This document shows positions 27,166 through 41,807 of a stretch of DNA of 64,000 nucleotides, piece by piece (positions within the stretch are counted from its first letter, which is position 1; each line of letters starts with the position of its first letter). The stretch comes from Eledone cirrhosa (taxonomy: Eukaryota). Where the stretch lies: the NCBI GenBank assembly GCA_964016885.1, contig OZ024746.1, forward strand, positions 45,694,001-45,758,000, read 5' to 3'. Under the pieces are notes generated by a model. The model saw only the letters and a list, made by a program, of their open reading frames with translations. It was not told the DNA's origin and made no database searches. Position numbers and translations under genes: made by a program.

Positions 27166-27894
27166 GTATATTAGGGAATATAATCAAAATACTCATGCTG
27201 ATAGTGAGGGACAGCATTTTTGAACTTATGTTGGTGATAGGTAATGTACTAACCTTTGGAAACCTTAAGTATGCCTGATAAATATGATGAACAGCCAAAC
27301 TTAAGGACAGAATTGTTTCTACAAAATTCTTATGAGCAGTATCAGATTATTCTAGGAGTAGCAAATGTTGCACACAATTCTATCATATGCTACAGAGTCT
27401 ACATTTTCAGGGGTCTTGTGTTAAATGTATTATTACTATATTACTATACTGTTTTCAACTTTTATGAATGACTGGGAGTTTAAAGTTGATCCAATCCTGG
27501 TAATATTTCTGAGATCCAATAAATATTAAATTGTTTGCAAACTATCAATTCCAATCCAGTTATTCAGTCCTTGTTTTATTATTATTGTATTATGTTGCCT
27601 TCAACTAATTAATAGACTAGCCATTCTATTTCTCCATTCCAATCCATTAAATTTGTCATATAATAATTGAGCTTAATTATTCATTTCCTCATAAGATCAG
27701 TTAAATGAATTGGATAATTATTAATATACCATTGACAACATAATGCTAACAAATCTCGTTAAATCAAATAAGAATTTTCGAACAGGAAACATTTTATTGT
27801 GTACAATTTCTACTTTAACAGTATGCTTGCTGTTAAGCAAGATATAATTTAAGATATAAATTTAAATTAATGCAGTCACATGTTCAAAATTGGA

Positions 27895-28693
27895 CCATAA
27901 AAACAAATTTACATTATATTAAGGTGTGTATTAAGAGAAAATATGTAACTAGTACATCTTAGTTGCTTAAGTAAAAATGTTATATGGCTGTAACTGGTCA
28001 CTCATACTGACATTAAGTTAGATAAAAAAAAGTCCTTTGTCTGAGGATAATAACCACTCACCAATACTTGTGTGGTCTGATGTGATATTTTGATTTAGTG
28101 CCTTATGCGCTTGCCCTTATATAAGGTAAAATCTGAAGCTGTCTTAATGTAGACTGCAGCAGACACAAACAGACTTGCACAGAGACACAGACCAGCAAAC
28201 ACTAAATCACAGACTTGCTATCCTCTGCCTTGCTCAATCGCTTTGGCAAGGCCATGTATCTTAATCACAAGTTTAGTGATTTTGTATTTCATCTCCTGCA
28301 TTCATTTCAAAGATATTTTAACGATGATGCTAACTGCACACTACTTCACCACATTATTCAAAGTGTGCCTTTTTTCCCCTCAAGCATCTGCCATGTTTTC
28401 AGATTCATCACATGGTTTTAGCATAAATCGTGTCAACAAATAAAAAATATTGATGTAGCAGCTTCAGGGGGTGGGGGGATTTGTAAACTTCATATCAATG
28501 TGATTGGGGAAAGTTATTTTTATTGCAAGGAAGGCATACCAACTTCACAAGTAACTACAACTACTGGTTCCATCAACTATGGCAAACATCATATCTACAA
28601 TTCCATAAAAACAAATTTACATTATTTTAGGATGTGTATTAAGAGAGAAGATCTAACTAGCCCATCTTAGTTGCTTAAGTAACAATGCTATAT
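27895..28693. repeat. Pair of ~90-bp direct repeats (27895-27985, 28603-28693)
   Basis: ccataaaaacaaatttacattat...catcttagttgcttaagtaa.aatg.tatat occurs twice, ~620 bp apart. Confidence 0.85.
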
Positions 28694-29593
28694 ATTAGTG
28701 AATTTGCATAAAAACATTTAAGCTTTGTATTTTTAGGTTTGATTTAAAATGAAATCAGGATCTATAGAGGATGGATCTATTCAAATTCCCTATATAATTT
28801 ACCATGTCTAAGATGTCATCTTCCTGGCTTAACTTTTTTAATGTCTTAAACACAGGCTACCAGGAAAATATCAAATATCAGGTAAAATAATAAATGGTAA
28901 AACCATTGTGTTCATGTTGACTACCTACTCCCCTTTCCATGATAGTTGCTCTATATATATATTGGTCCTTCAAAAATGAAATTGAATCAATAAAAAATAA
29001 TTAAAATTCAATAATATAGCTACTTTTTTTTATTTAAGGCTTCTTTATAACACATGTTACAGGCCCCACAGTAGCTTCATCGAGTCCTACTTTACATTAA
29101 AGGAATATATATAATAGTAATAGCATAATTAAAAGAGGATTTTTAATGAGTGGGTTGGCTCGTGTCTGGATATATACATTGATGAGGGAATTCAATGAAC
29201 AGGCCATAATAAATGGACCAGAAACAAATCTGTTTGAAGTGAAATCTATAATTTATATCTTTGGAAAATAAAAGCATCAGAAACAAGATATTTAACTATT
29301 CAAAGAAATTAACTATAACTTTGGCAAAATATAGGATGAAGTGCAAATCTTTTCATAAATCCCATCAAATAACTTTGCCAATAATGTAACATAGGACTAC
29401 TAAAGAAAAAAGAAAGAAAATTAATAGAAGCAATCGTGGTGTGATTATGCTGTTTGTTCTGGTGTTTATGTTTGAGTAAGATGTGAGTCGTGTTATGGTG
29501 ACAATAACAGTAGTGATGATGGGGGAGATCATGAACATTTTCTAGTATTTATCTTTCTAAGTTTTGTCCTTCCAGGAGACCATCAATATTTAC

Positions 29594-29656
29594 CATTCTT
29601 TTCTATACATGCACCCAGTTTATTTTCCTCCTCAGCTCTAATACAATATAAATAGG
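29594..29656 (-). CDS. Candidate 63-nt internal exon (phase 1-1)
   Basis: tgttttccag| xYLYCIRAEEENKLGACIEKN(g) |gtaaat; canonical splice sites and an open frame, no recognised homology. Confidence 0.3.
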
Positions 29657-31124
29657 CTGGAAAACATATTGAAATATTAAACTATCTCTGTTTTATCTTT
29701 ATTCAATGTTCATATAAGTTCTGATGTTGTTATGGATAATTTGGTTTCGATGGTTGTTTTTTTTAAATCTGCAGTCGATAGCTCTATTTATTTGTAATCT
29801 ATGTCACTTTCTTTACAGTCTTCATTTTCTTTTTCACTATTGCTGACATTAGAAATATTTATGTTCGTGTTGCCAGAAGTAAATTATTAACATTTTCTCC
29901 AAACATTTTCAACATCTCGAGTGACAAACGTTCAACTTTGTCGTTGGAACAAGATGACAAAAATTGAGTAGCATGTGTTATTTTCAGAAAATTGTGCGTG
30001 AGAGGAAATCACTAAAACTAATTATTATGAAAAAAGATTCACCAAATGTTACTAATATCAAGTTTCACTTAGTCCAATATAAGGAATTTCCATGTCAACT
30101 AAATATACAAACCAATAAAATAAAGTTTTATAAGGGTACAAACACGAGATGTTGCATGATAGGTTGTCAGCAAGCATTTTTCTTGCACGAGATATCTCCA
30201 TTATCAAGACGTATCAGCATTTTAATTTTCAATTATCACGAGATATGTCGAATTCAGAACTTATAGACAGGAAGTGAGCAAACACACTCAAACGCAAAAA
30301 TAAATAAATAAATTTATCCAGGTAGAGTAGTTATTTATTTATAAATTTCTTGTGATTTAGTTAATAGATCAGTAAAGTAAGAAAACGTCACAATACTGAA
30401 TGAACAAAGAGAATTTTCATTGGGCGTGGTTTCATGAGGAATTTCCTACTAACTTTTAGGTTCTGAGTTCAAATTTCACCCTGGTCAACTTTGCAGCACC
30501 AATAAAATAAAGTACTAACCAAGTTCTACTATTAATTTATATTCCTATAATGTGACTTGGATGGGAATAGAATTATTATAGAAGACAATAAATCATCTTA
30601 ACATACTTAAAGATTGATATCATATTACAATAATGATAATCAGTTTTATTTCACACAAAATAAACATAATTTATATTTTTGGTAAAAGTGAAACATATTG
30701 GGAGAAGACATGAACACTCAGTAATATAGCAAACACACTTACAGCATTACTGCAGATGGCAGGGAAGGTAAAGTGCTGGAATAACCAAAACGCTCTCATA
30801 GGGAGCACCTGAAATGCTGGTAAGGCAAGCTGCCGTCAATGATAAAAATCTTGTTGTCAGCAGCCGAGCTCTTGCAAATGGCTTGAATGCCACAAGCTAT
30901 TACTCCCTAAATTTGGTTTTTTGTTTGGTTTTTGGTTTTGTTTTAATGAGGAGGAAGGACATCACTCATGACATTCTGCAGGAACTCTGAGACAGTTCAG
31001 ATAAATGAAAGACATAAATGGAAGACATTAAACATATTATAATGAAAACTTATATTTTAGGAAATATGTCATTAATGTGAAAAGTTTGGAAAGTTCTATC
31101 ATAGATGCATTGTATAGAGATCAG

Positions 31125-31310
31125 AGGTCAGTATGTTATTAACTGGTGTTTGACCTTCATTACAAACATATTTTATTGAAAGTATGAGTCACCATTATGT
31201 TATTAACTGGCACTGACCTTTATTATAGATACATTTTATTGGAATCACAAGTTAATATACTATTAATTGGCTTTTTGCTATATAGACACATTTTATTGGA
31301 ATAACAAGTC
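31125..31310. repeat. ~60-bp minisatellite, 3 diverged units
   Basis: Recurring tatgttattaactgg...gacct...cattttattggaa. Confidence 0.75.
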
Positions 31311-31999
31311 TGGATAACATTCAGAAAAATTGTAAACAAAGCTCTGATTAATAGTAACTAATTAATTGCTTCAGTTTTGTGAATTCAACAATTTCTTAGT
31401 TATCTAGCTAAATTTATAACACTGAAAATCATTGTATCATAACAAGAACTGACATTTATATTAGTCATTCATAGCCTATGTTGTATTGATGCTATAATAA
31501 CTATTATTGTCTAGACATAATAAACCTTGCATAATTACGCAAATGAGTGTGTTAAGGAATATAGTCATTGACATTTTAATGAGCGGCTTTGAACTATTTT
31601 GGAAGGAGAGTTGAATGAAACTAGACGAACTGTTAAATAACAATGCAACTGGTCAAATTAACACCAATGCTGTATGCCCTTTTTTCCTGTATATATTGAC
31701 CCTCAAATGGCAAGATTAACTATCAGCCACATCAATGTCACCAGCTTGAGAAAGTTTACAAATGTTATAGACACTACCTTAGCACTTTATTAAAAATAAC
31801 TTTTTATGATGACAAAATGAGTTATACTTTATATAGTTTGCTGGAATTCTGAAAATATAAAGGACTCAGGCAGCTTTGATATTATCGTTGATGGATCTAG
31901 TATATATATTGCACACTTCTGTTTTTGCTTCATTGTGTTGACCAAATATAGTTGGTGACTATGAGTGCATTTAAAGTGCTAGTAAATCATTTTGCTTAC

Positions 32000-32228
32000 T
32001 TAACCTTTTATCATTTACATTACTCTATATTTACTATTGTATTTTCATGGTAAAAGCTTTACCTCACATAATTATCTCACATAATATCAAATCTATGAGA
32101 TTTTGATATTATTTATTTTGAGAACAATACCTTAACATCAGTATGAATGGCTGGTTATGGCTGGTTTGAACAGAAAGAGGTGAGAGAATTCTGCGTGGAT
32201 ACAGCCGATTTAAATGCTAAAGGGTTAA
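32000..32228. mobile_element. TTAA-flanked piggyBac-type MITE (family 1, inverted copy)
   Basis: Reverse complement of 19742-19970, TTAA at both ends. Confidence 0.8.
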
Positions 32229-32999
32229 ATCTAGGTTTATTGTCTACAATGTAAAATTACTGTTGAGGAACCCTTGTATTTTTGTGAAGCTATAAGCTAA
32301 AAAGAGATTGAGGTTAAATTCTCATCTGTATTAGTTCCACGAACAAAGCTACGATGTTAATTTCAATTAATTTATGTATGAACTGTTGATAACATTTTTC
32401 TACAGTCATGTTATTAACAGTTCATACTGACAGTTAATATTTCAGTTACAGGACTCTAGGGTGAGGTTTTAAATACAGTTCATTTCATCAATAACAACAG
32501 TCATTAAGTTATGAGTAGATTCATAGTTGAAGGGTTGACATATATAGAATGCAACAGATACATAGATATAGTAATCTTACAGACTAAAGTAACATAGTTA
32601 TATATAAGAAACTTTCTTACTGTGTTTAAACAATTTCTAGTTCAGTTCTATAGTTCATGACATGTTCTGTTACAACACACTAATGTATCTGAATTCTTAA
32701 TTTTATCCGTTTTTAAACTGTGGTTAGACATATGGTGCTACATTAGTTGTGACATTTCTCATTGGCTAATTAGAACATATATTTAACTAATGGGTTTGAT
32801 TTTATGCTACATCTGAGAGGTAGAAAATAACTTTTTCACCTGCTCTAATTGGAGAGCTGGAGCAATGCTGGGATTCTGCCATTAGTGCCTTTTTGGGCCT
32901 TTCTCTGATGAAACATGTACCATAAGTTAGCGATTAGTGACTCCAGATACATTCTACAGAAGAGAGATATTGATACTAAAGGTTCCCTCTACCAGTTTC

Positions 33000-34365
33000 A
33001 GGGTCAAATAAGTAGTAGTTGTTACATATGACAGCAAGTGGGAGGAGATAGAGACTCATAACACCGATTACAGTTAGAAGTTTCTAAGAGACAACTTGCT
33101 GAAGGCTATGGGAACTGGTGTAAACTTTCACCCAGATGAAAGGAAGCATGCTGGTAGAATAGCACTGCAGGAAGAGCCATATAAGCTAGGAGACAGAATT
33201 GAAAAACAAATGAAGGAAGACAGCAACAGAGAACAATATCAAATATTTAGAAGAGAAACTAGATGTCAAATATATGTAGCAAAGGCAGAAGCAGAAAGTA
33301 ACAAGTGTGCATATTTTGGTAATATAAGAATCAGATGCATGATGTGTTCCAGATTGCAAGGTAGTGCACAAAAAAGAATTGAGAAGTAATTAATTAGAAA
33401 TATGTGTGTTCAAAATGGCAGAAGCATACATGTTCTTATTGCTGCCAAAAAAAGTAAAAACAGCATAGAAGTACTATTAAGTGGTTGAATGGAGAGAGTG
33501 AAGGTCCACACTAATTAGATTCAAAAGGGAGACTAATCATTGAAGTTGACATCAATATGATCAAAATTAATTGTTTCTACATTTGGCACAAGGCCAGCAA
33601 TTACCAGTTCATTACTAGTACTTTATTTTATCGACCCCTTAAGGATGAAAGGCAAAGTTAACCTCGACGGGATTTGAACTCAGACCGTAAAGGGACATAA
33701 CTATGCTGGAAAGCATGGCGTCAGACCCTCTACTGATACTGATCAAAATTAATGATATGTAGACAGACACATCAGGAATAAATGCTGATATTCTAACAAA
33801 TATCTAACAATGTAAGGCACATGCCAATCAGATGTATAGTTAATGAAGTAGTACAGGAAGGTGACATACACATTGTCAACTGCTATACACACAAGAAAAT
33901 GCATTTGACAGAAGCTACTACAGATACATTAAATTGTTATGGAAAGAATCAAATTATCAAAACCTGCATTAGCCTGCATGGGATACAGTCCAGCTTTGTT
34001 TCAGGAAGAGGTACCACAGATACCATTCTCCTAGTGAGACAACTGCTGAAGAATTACTCAGCTAGGAGCAAGCCCCTCTACTTAGCATTCATTAACATGG
34101 AGAAGGTCTTTGTTAGGGTTGCATGCTCAGTAATCTGGTGGTTGCTAAGAAAATTAGGTGAAGATCTATGCAAGTGATATATAAAGAAACAATCTGCAAG
34201 AGAAAGTCAGCAATAAGTTCAGTAAAGAATTTAGTGTGCAAATAGGCTTCGTTTTCCACTCTTGGTTATAAGAGGAGTTCTGCAAGCTATAACAGAGAAG
34301 TTTAAAACTGAACATCCATAGGAAGTCCTGTATGGCAGAATCTGTGTAAGATTTGAAGGTAACAT
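33000..34365 (+). mobile_element. RTE-clade LINE relic (linker and RT)
   Basis: NREQYQIFRRETRCQIYVAKAEAE and IQSSFVSGRGTTDTILLVRQLLKNYSARSKPLYLAFINMEKVFVRV..SVIWWLLRKLG (QxGFxxGRSTxDxIFxxRQL...FxDLEKAFDRV). Confidence 0.88.
33569..33741 (-). mobile_element. SINE main family nested in the RTE, 14-bp TSD
   Basis: TSD tgatcaaaattaat at 33558-33571 and 33740-33753. Confidence 0.93.
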
Positions 34366-34437
34366 GTGAATGTATATATGTATGTATGTGTGTATGTATA
34401 TATATATATATATATATCATCCAACAGATGTACAACG

Positions 34438-34572
<135 letters not shown>

Positions 34573-35239
34573 CGTGTGTGTGTGTGTTTGAGTGTGTGTG
34601 TGTATGAGTGTGGTGTACATATATAAACATATTTGTATTGGAAATTTGTATTATCTCTTATGACATGAACAAGATTTTATTTCATTTATTTTAGGCTCTT
34701 TTTATTATTTTTCTATATTTTCCTTTCATAAAATTTTTCATCTAATATATATTCAGTTGGAAAAGGAGAATTTGGTAATGTTCCATTAATAATTTTGGAA
34801 CTTCGTCATATCTTACAATAAAACCTTCTGTGTTAAAATCTCATATTATTATCCTAACAGCATAACAACTAATACTAGATCATGATATCTTGTTCTTATT
34901 CCAAGATTTTATTGCAAGTCTACTAGTAATCATTTACTATTCCTGCTTCTAATTTTGAAAACCACCATTCTTTTATAATATTTATCTTCCATTTCCAATT
35001 AGATAAAGCCATTTTGATATCATAGGAATTTTTATTAGCCTTTAGAAAAAAAAAAATCAGCTGAGAATAAATAAATAAATTAAAGAAAAAAACGATTCCC
35101 TTTCTTGATGTAAGAGTGATATTTTTTAGTTTGGATAGATTTTGGTTATTTATTTACTAATTCTTTTTTTGTTTTTGTTTTTTTCTGAAACTTTACTTGT
35201 TCAATATTTCACCCATCTCAAAACCATTGAATTTATATG

Positions 35240-35270
<31 letters not shown>

Positions 35271-35345
35271 TTATATATATATATGTATTTATTTATATAT
35301 ATATATATGTATATATTCATATATGTATGTATTTATATATGTATA

Positions 35346-35403
<58 letters not shown>

Positions 35404-35919
35404 TGTATATGTGTATATATTTATATATATATATGTTGTATATATTTATGTATATATATATATATATATATATATCCCTTAAACTACTTCTCTTTTTGTT
35501 TTGGTTTTTGAGGAAAGATGAATTCCAATTTTAATTTGATTTACGCTACACAGAATGAACAAAAATCCAGATATTGAAAATATCATCACACAAAAACATT
35601 GGTGATAAGAAGCAACCAGCCAAGATAGTTAAAAGTCTGTACTATATAGTCAGTGATATAACCTTTATACAAAAATTATTTCATAGAACACTGAATCTAA
35701 CCTTAGCAACACCTCACTTATTAGTTTATCTCATTCAGCAGTAACATGCTGATATATTATACTCTAGTAAAAATTCTAATAGAATTCAGTCATGGGAAGA
35801 AGTGATATGTATCATGCAGATAATTATCCGATAACATTTCACCTATATTAGTTTTCTCATCTATTGATTTTATATGCATAGATAGATACATGAAAATATA
35901 TAAATATACTATATATATA

Positions 35920-35964
<45 letters not shown>

Positions 35965-36354
35965 AATGTCATACTCTTTACACATTAGCCTGGACTAGAT
36001 AGATACATAATGCATCTTATAGGTCATCTCAACCTGGCCTCACCACATCTATAAAGTCCAATTTTATCACTACTCCATTGTACAATTACTTTTTTCCTCT
36101 TTATCTACATCATCTATAAGTATTTTCTATCATAGAGGTAGGGTATTTGCTAAACACCATGCATTATATTTTCTCATCACATCTACATATCAGCCCAATC
36201 ATCTCCTTCTCACATACATTAGCCAATACTTTTCAAGTCTACAATGTTTCTCCCCTCCCTGCATACATTCATCCTTGTGAGTCACCATTGTGTTTTTCAA
36301 TTAGTCTATACCCTTGAATTCATTTTCCATGTTATATTATTATAAGACATTTAT

Positions 36355-36670
36355 ATAGATAGGGTGCATAGCTTGAAGATCAGAGAGTCACTCCTGGTAA
36401 AGCCACTGCCTCTCCAAATTACAAGATCAAAACTCTGATACTAAGAGCATGTATTTAGAAAGTTTCAGGAAAGAATCACTGGGCAAAACCAACCATCAGG
36501 AGACCCCGATCATAAATGGTTGGATCACATCAATTACCTCAACTGGTCTCACTTGGGGATCCAGCTGGATCAATTGGAGATGGTTACTTCTGACAGGACC
36601 CATTAGAAGGCATGTTTGAGAGTTCTGTGCCTACAACCTGCCCAGGAATAAATGGGCAGAGGAGGATGAT
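36355..36670 (+). mobile_element. RTE-clade LINE 3' fragment
   Basis: Shares tggtctcacttggggat.(c)agctggatcaattg and flanking sequence with 10750-11085. Confidence 0.75.
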
Positions 36671-36938
36671 GGGAGGGAGAAGGAGGAGGAGAAGAAGAAG
36701 TCAATTATATTTTCTACACATACTCTAGACAGTTTACCTTTTTCTGAGGAGTGAAGATATTTTAGTTAACAATAGTCATTCCTCAATTTCTTTTATTATA
36801 TAGAAATTGGCCAGTATGTTACAACTAGCCACATCTTAAGCAATTTGTTACATAACAGAAATTATATACGTCAATCAATGATAAACATTGATTGAAAGCT
36901 AAATTATTTATAGAAATATAAAATTGTGAGTGTGTTTT

Positions 36939-37109
36939 TATCGGTAGAGGGTCGGACGCCATGCTTTCCAGCATAGTTACGTCCCTTTACGATCTGAGTT
37001 CAAATCCCGCCGAGGTTGACTTTGCCTTTCATCCCTACGGGGTCGATAAAATAAAGTACCAGTAATGCACTGGGTAATTGCTGGCCTTGTGCCTAAAGTA
37101 GAAACAATT
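36939..37109 (+). mobile_element. SINE main family, young copy (CpGs retained)
   Basis: gagttcaaatcccgccgaggttgactttgcctttcatccctacggggtcgataaaataaagtaccag...gtagaaacaatt. Confidence 0.93.
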
Positions 37110-37129
37110 ATATTTTTCTACCAATATTA

Positions 37130-37620
37130 GAACAACATGGCCCTGCACAAATATAAGAAATGATATACTACTTTCAGAAAGATTTTTTAGTAGACCATTA
37201 TTGTTCAGGCTTTTTGCTAAGCCAATATATTTATTGTGCTTATTGTTCCAGTAGCTTTGTAACAGCAATTATATACTACTTTTAGAAAGTGTTTTGAGTA
37301 GTTCATGCTTTTTGCTAAACCAACAGATTTGCTCTACCTTTCTAATATGCACATCTTTGGTCATGTTTGTTCTGCAATGGCTACACAATAATATATTCTT
37401 GTCTCTTTTTTCTGCATTTTAAGCAAGACCTTCTCTCAGATTTTGATCACTAATTAATACTTAACTCTTGGCTATATTCACCTTCTTATCTTTCAACTCA
37501 AGCCAACTTCTCTGAACTGCAAATTCATCTAGTTCTTCAATTGATTCATAAGTGAAAATCTAATCAACATACTAATGTTCTCATTGACATCCAGTTTTCA
37601 TTTCCTTTCTGATGTCACCA
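37130..37620 (-). mobile_element. RTE-type LINE RT relic
   Basis: ESIEELDEFAVQRSWLELKDKKVNIAKS (cf. ESxEEL..W..LExKGLxVNxAKT) followed by Cys-rich NILLCSHC. Confidence 0.5.
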
Positions 37621-38696
37621 AAGATTAATATGAAAGGAACCATGGGCAAGTTATAGCCAGTGGTACTTTAAATTCAGTACTGAATTTTCTGTGATCTTAA
37701 TTATAATCTTAATATCATCTTATATGACATGCAGAACTTTCGTGAACTTTGTATTAAAATTATCTTTTTCATTGACAATAGACATCTGAGTGTAAAGCCA
37801 TAGCAAAGATACTCTTTAAGTCAATAAATTCAAGATAGAATTGGTTCTATGGTTCTATACTGTAAAGAAAGCCATTAAATATAGAGATAGTCTGAGTCAG
37901 CAAAACAAAGTTCAACATAGTTTACCAATTAAATCATATCTTGAGTCAGTCTGATATGGTAGCTTGTGCTCAGAGCACAGTTTTACGTTCCATTCTATCT
38001 AGGACTGGTGTGTTTCTGGGGGAGCTGTTATTATACTTATGTAGCAAGTATTGCTACTCAGATTTAGAGTCATCTGGTTGTATAGAGTATAGTACTCTTG
38101 TGTTCCTGTTAGAGAAAGCTTTTCAATATTTTGCCAGCATTAACAGAGAAAGAACAGGTGTTAAATGATGATGATGACGATGATGACATGGTGGTGGAAG
38201 GGGAGTCTAGTTACAGTTGCAACAGTAGGCATGTTGGATTTGTAAGATACATCTTTGTGTTAAGCATCATACAGAGTGCTGTTGTGGTTCATAGAAGTTG
38301 TATACAATCAGAGACAACAAAGTAATACTCTGATTTGACCTTGAGAGAAAAATTTTGCTTTCACATCTGGATGATGAGCATCTTTAGGCATTCTACAGCT
38401 TTTCCAAATTGTCTCATTGTTTAATATTTCTAATGATTTATGCTTTGTTTCAGTTTGGTTTTATACTAGCTTTTGATATTAAATGACAAAAATAGGCATC
38501 CCCTTTCTCCTGAACATCACTGTTTTTGTAATTAATATAAACCTGGAGATTGAACTTGTATGATTCCACGAATGCTACCATTATTTGTAAGCTTGTGAAG
38601 ACTATGCCATTTAGTGCTCCCACACATCCAAGAAGTTTCTCAAATATCTCATTAATCTACTTTCAGAACATGTTCTAAGATGGTTGTTTTGCATCT

Positions 38697-38990
38697 CCCA
38701 CTGCATGGTACCTTGAGCAAATGTCATTTATCATAGTCTTGGATTGACCCATGTTTTATGAGTAAAATTGGGTTGCCACAAACTGTTTGGAAGCCTGTCA
38801 GATGGACTGCACTTGTAATTCAATAGTCTAGCCTTACGACACACTGTGTTCCACTGAATCTCCCTGAGAATTATGTTAAGGAAACATATGCCTGTGGAAT
38901 GTTCAGTCACTTACATGTTAATTTCATGAGCAGTTTGCTCTGTTGATCAAACAACTGGAACACCCATCATAAAAAATGACAGGTCCTTTC
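38697..38990 (+). mobile_element. Second tRNA-derived SINE family
   Basis: ccactgcatggtaccttgagcaaatgtc...tatcatagtcttgg...gtgagtaaaattggg-like core; a related head lies on the minus strand at ~11660-11790. Confidence 0.6.
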
Positions 38991-39148
38991 CATTATATTT
39001 GTATGTCTCTAAGAAAATGTTGAATGCATTCAGTAACAAGCCCTCATTGTCTAGTGGTATGTCCTAGTATATATTGTTTGCTCACAAAATAGAAAAATAC
39101 TTACAGCTAGCAAGTCATAGCAGAATATTCTCCAATGTTAATGTGCAG

Positions 39149-39339
39149 ACATGAGGTTAGGTTGAAAATTTCATAGGCTGACTATGAAGGATTGATGCTA
39201 GAACTATGAAATCTTGAATGCATTAATTTCAACTCTTCTTATTAATGTCATTGTTTCTTTCCAGGGACACTGATGAAAAATAAACCTTATTTGCTCATTC
39301 CATGAGAGCAACCTATGAACTTTTCACCAGATCTTCGTA
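39149..39339. mobile_element. Mariner-type MITE
   Basis: Imperfect TIRs atgaggttaggttgaaaatttcataggct / acctatgaacttttcaccagatcttcgta; a related 5' end is at ~9430-9490. Confidence 0.65.
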
Positions 39340-39730
39340 TCATTTTGTTTAGGCCATTTATGTATTTGTTTATGTTTAATCATGGATAATGTTTTCTTTT
39401 TGGTTTAATGACAACATAATTGTTCCCTAATGCTGTGATCTATTTTGTTAGGCTCAGAATCCTTTGTACCAATGAGTTGTGTTCTAATGAAATTATTACT
39501 CTACTAATAGTATATATCATGCAGGTGAATTTCATGTGGGATGATAGCCTCACAAAAATTATCCTCTGCCTGCAAATATATCATGGTTATCTACAAGAAT
39601 GTTTCTTTGAGCATAAGTGTTTCTTGTTGATTGGTATCTGTTTTGTGATGGTTTGTTTTTGTGTTTTTGAGCAGTCAGTGAGTATCTTAAAGTGACTAAA
39701 CCAAATGTGTAGCAAGTTAGAAGCCCAAAT

Positions 39731-39946
39731 TTAACCCGTTTGTTACCAACCTGACCATCTAAATCTGGTTCTATGAAACAAAACCATCCATTTTAAATCA
39801 AAATCTTCCAAAATTTTATTTAAGAACCATGTTAAGTGACTATTTAATCATGAAATGATTAATAATGTTAGTAAACCTCTTAAAATTACTCATTCATTAA
39901 TTGAAATAAAAGGTATTGCATTAGAAATATGGTAATGAAAGGGTTA
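39731..39946. mobile_element. TTAA-flanked piggyBac-type MITE (family 2)
   Basis: ttaacccgtttgttacc / ggtaatgaaagggtta; homologous to 16384-16630. Confidence 0.6.
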
Positions 39947-41428
39947 CCTTACTATTTGTCTATCAAATATTCTCACAGTGGGTGTAGATGGTTGTATATA
40001 AAAATACTACTACAAAAGCATACACTGTTATGATGGTGAATGTAAAATCAAATGTGCTTCCCTATTTGTAAATACACATACAGATACTAATTTTTTGTAA
40101 TTCTTAAGAAGAAACACATTCTTTTCTGTTCATGTGTGTAAGATACACTATTGATGATATTGTAGTTTTATTAGTAGTAGTTTCAGAAGAGATTGACTGT
40201 TCTCCCTCTACCTTAGGATGAATATTTTATGATGATTTATGATGACAATTTGTTGGCCATTAACAGTTTATTTAACTCCTGTTGTGTGACAGATACATTT
40301 CTACTGAGTTATTCTCATCACTGCAAATTAAATCTTTGTATATGTTGTAGTGGAAGGCTCTTTACTTCCAACATATTCTTGTATATGAGAGCCTTGCATT
40401 TCCTTTTGTTTTTAGTGTGATAACTAAGTCCTTATAGAACTGAGTTTTGTTTGACTGTTAAAGTCTGCAGGGCTTTTTTCTTTTTTTTTTTACGTGTAGT
40501 TTTTCTAGTGTTCGTTGAGTATAGATACATCTTTCTTTCATACTATCTTGGTTTAGACACGTTCAAATAGTACTATATGGATATGCCAAAGATATGTATA
40601 TTACTTAGTCAGAGGAGGAAGAGCAACACACATGACCATTTACAGGGCCTCTGAAACTGGTAAAATGAAATTATTCTCTGAGCAGAAAACTCATAGGAAC
40701 AATTTCAATAAAGGAGACTCTGCAAAAGGCACCCAAGTACTAGGTAACGACATTAAAAAACCAAGCAATAGATTTTTAGTGACTTATTTGTATTTACATA
40801 CAACTTATCATATTCAAGGATGGTAGTGAAGAAGGAGAAAGGTGTAATGATATTTAGAACCCACCATAACCATTACACTTCCCACTCACACATGACTCAC
40901 CTATCACCTTACTTCACTTAACTTTCCTCATCCAATCTACACCAGATTAGAAAGATAGACACATCCCCACAGTGTGCTCTTCATCACCATCCCATTTACA
41001 TCCCTAATGCACCTTCCTTGTTTAACTCATGCCAGCATGGAAAGACAGGAATGTTCCATAATATACTGCTAGACATCATTCACTTTCTTCAAGGCCACTT
41101 CCACGACTTGATAGTTACTCTTCTCCTTCATCTTCCACTGTGTGATGACCCCCCCCCCCCCTCTCAGAAAGCAGCGTGTCACTTGTTCCTCTCCTGCTTT
41201 CATCTTACACCCCCTCTTACTTCACTGCCTTCCCACCCTGCCCTAAAATGCAACAACCACTCTAGTGGTTTGCAGAACTTTTTACAACTCGATTCGTTTG
41301 CAGAACTTTTTACATTCCAACACAAGAGCAAGAATGAAGGGCTCATTCTACTGACAGGGCTTGAAAGAGGGTGTTTGCATGATTGCAAACGAATCGAATA
41401 TTATTACTAATATTCGAAAAACTCAGAT

Positions 41429-41476
<48 letters not shown>

Positions 41477-41807
41477 TTTTCAATTTCTTTCCCTATACTT
41501 TCACCTGTGTAGGACATCTCATTCTTTTTTTTATTAAAAACCCTTATTTTCTTATATATATACACACACACACCGTATACATACATTAAAAGAAACAAAA
41601 AGGAGAAAGCAAATTCAACCTTGAAGTTAGTGGGGGTAATTAAGAAAATAACAACAAGGGATAAAGGAGAATATAATAGGCAACAGCAGGGAATTCCACC
41701 AAGGAAAGTTCCAGAGACATTGAAAAGATGTTATGTACCTAATATGATAGTTACACATATAATTAATTAGGTTCATTTTCTTGAATTGCCTAAAGTAAAC
41801 TTAATGT

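Noticed and set aside
30742-30907. GC-richer segment with minus-strand splice-like ends (donor gtaagt)
   Set aside because: Stops in all frames across the full interval; the short MRAFWLF... frame is out of phase with the 29656 exon. It could still be UTR.
31125-31310. CRISPR-like repeat array
   Set aside because: Eukaryotic context, diverged contiguous tandem units without unique spacers, no cas genes.
40605-40670. CAGAGGA...ctct-GAAA-ctgg-TA HHR-like string
   Set aside because: Stem I does not pair and stem II is poor.
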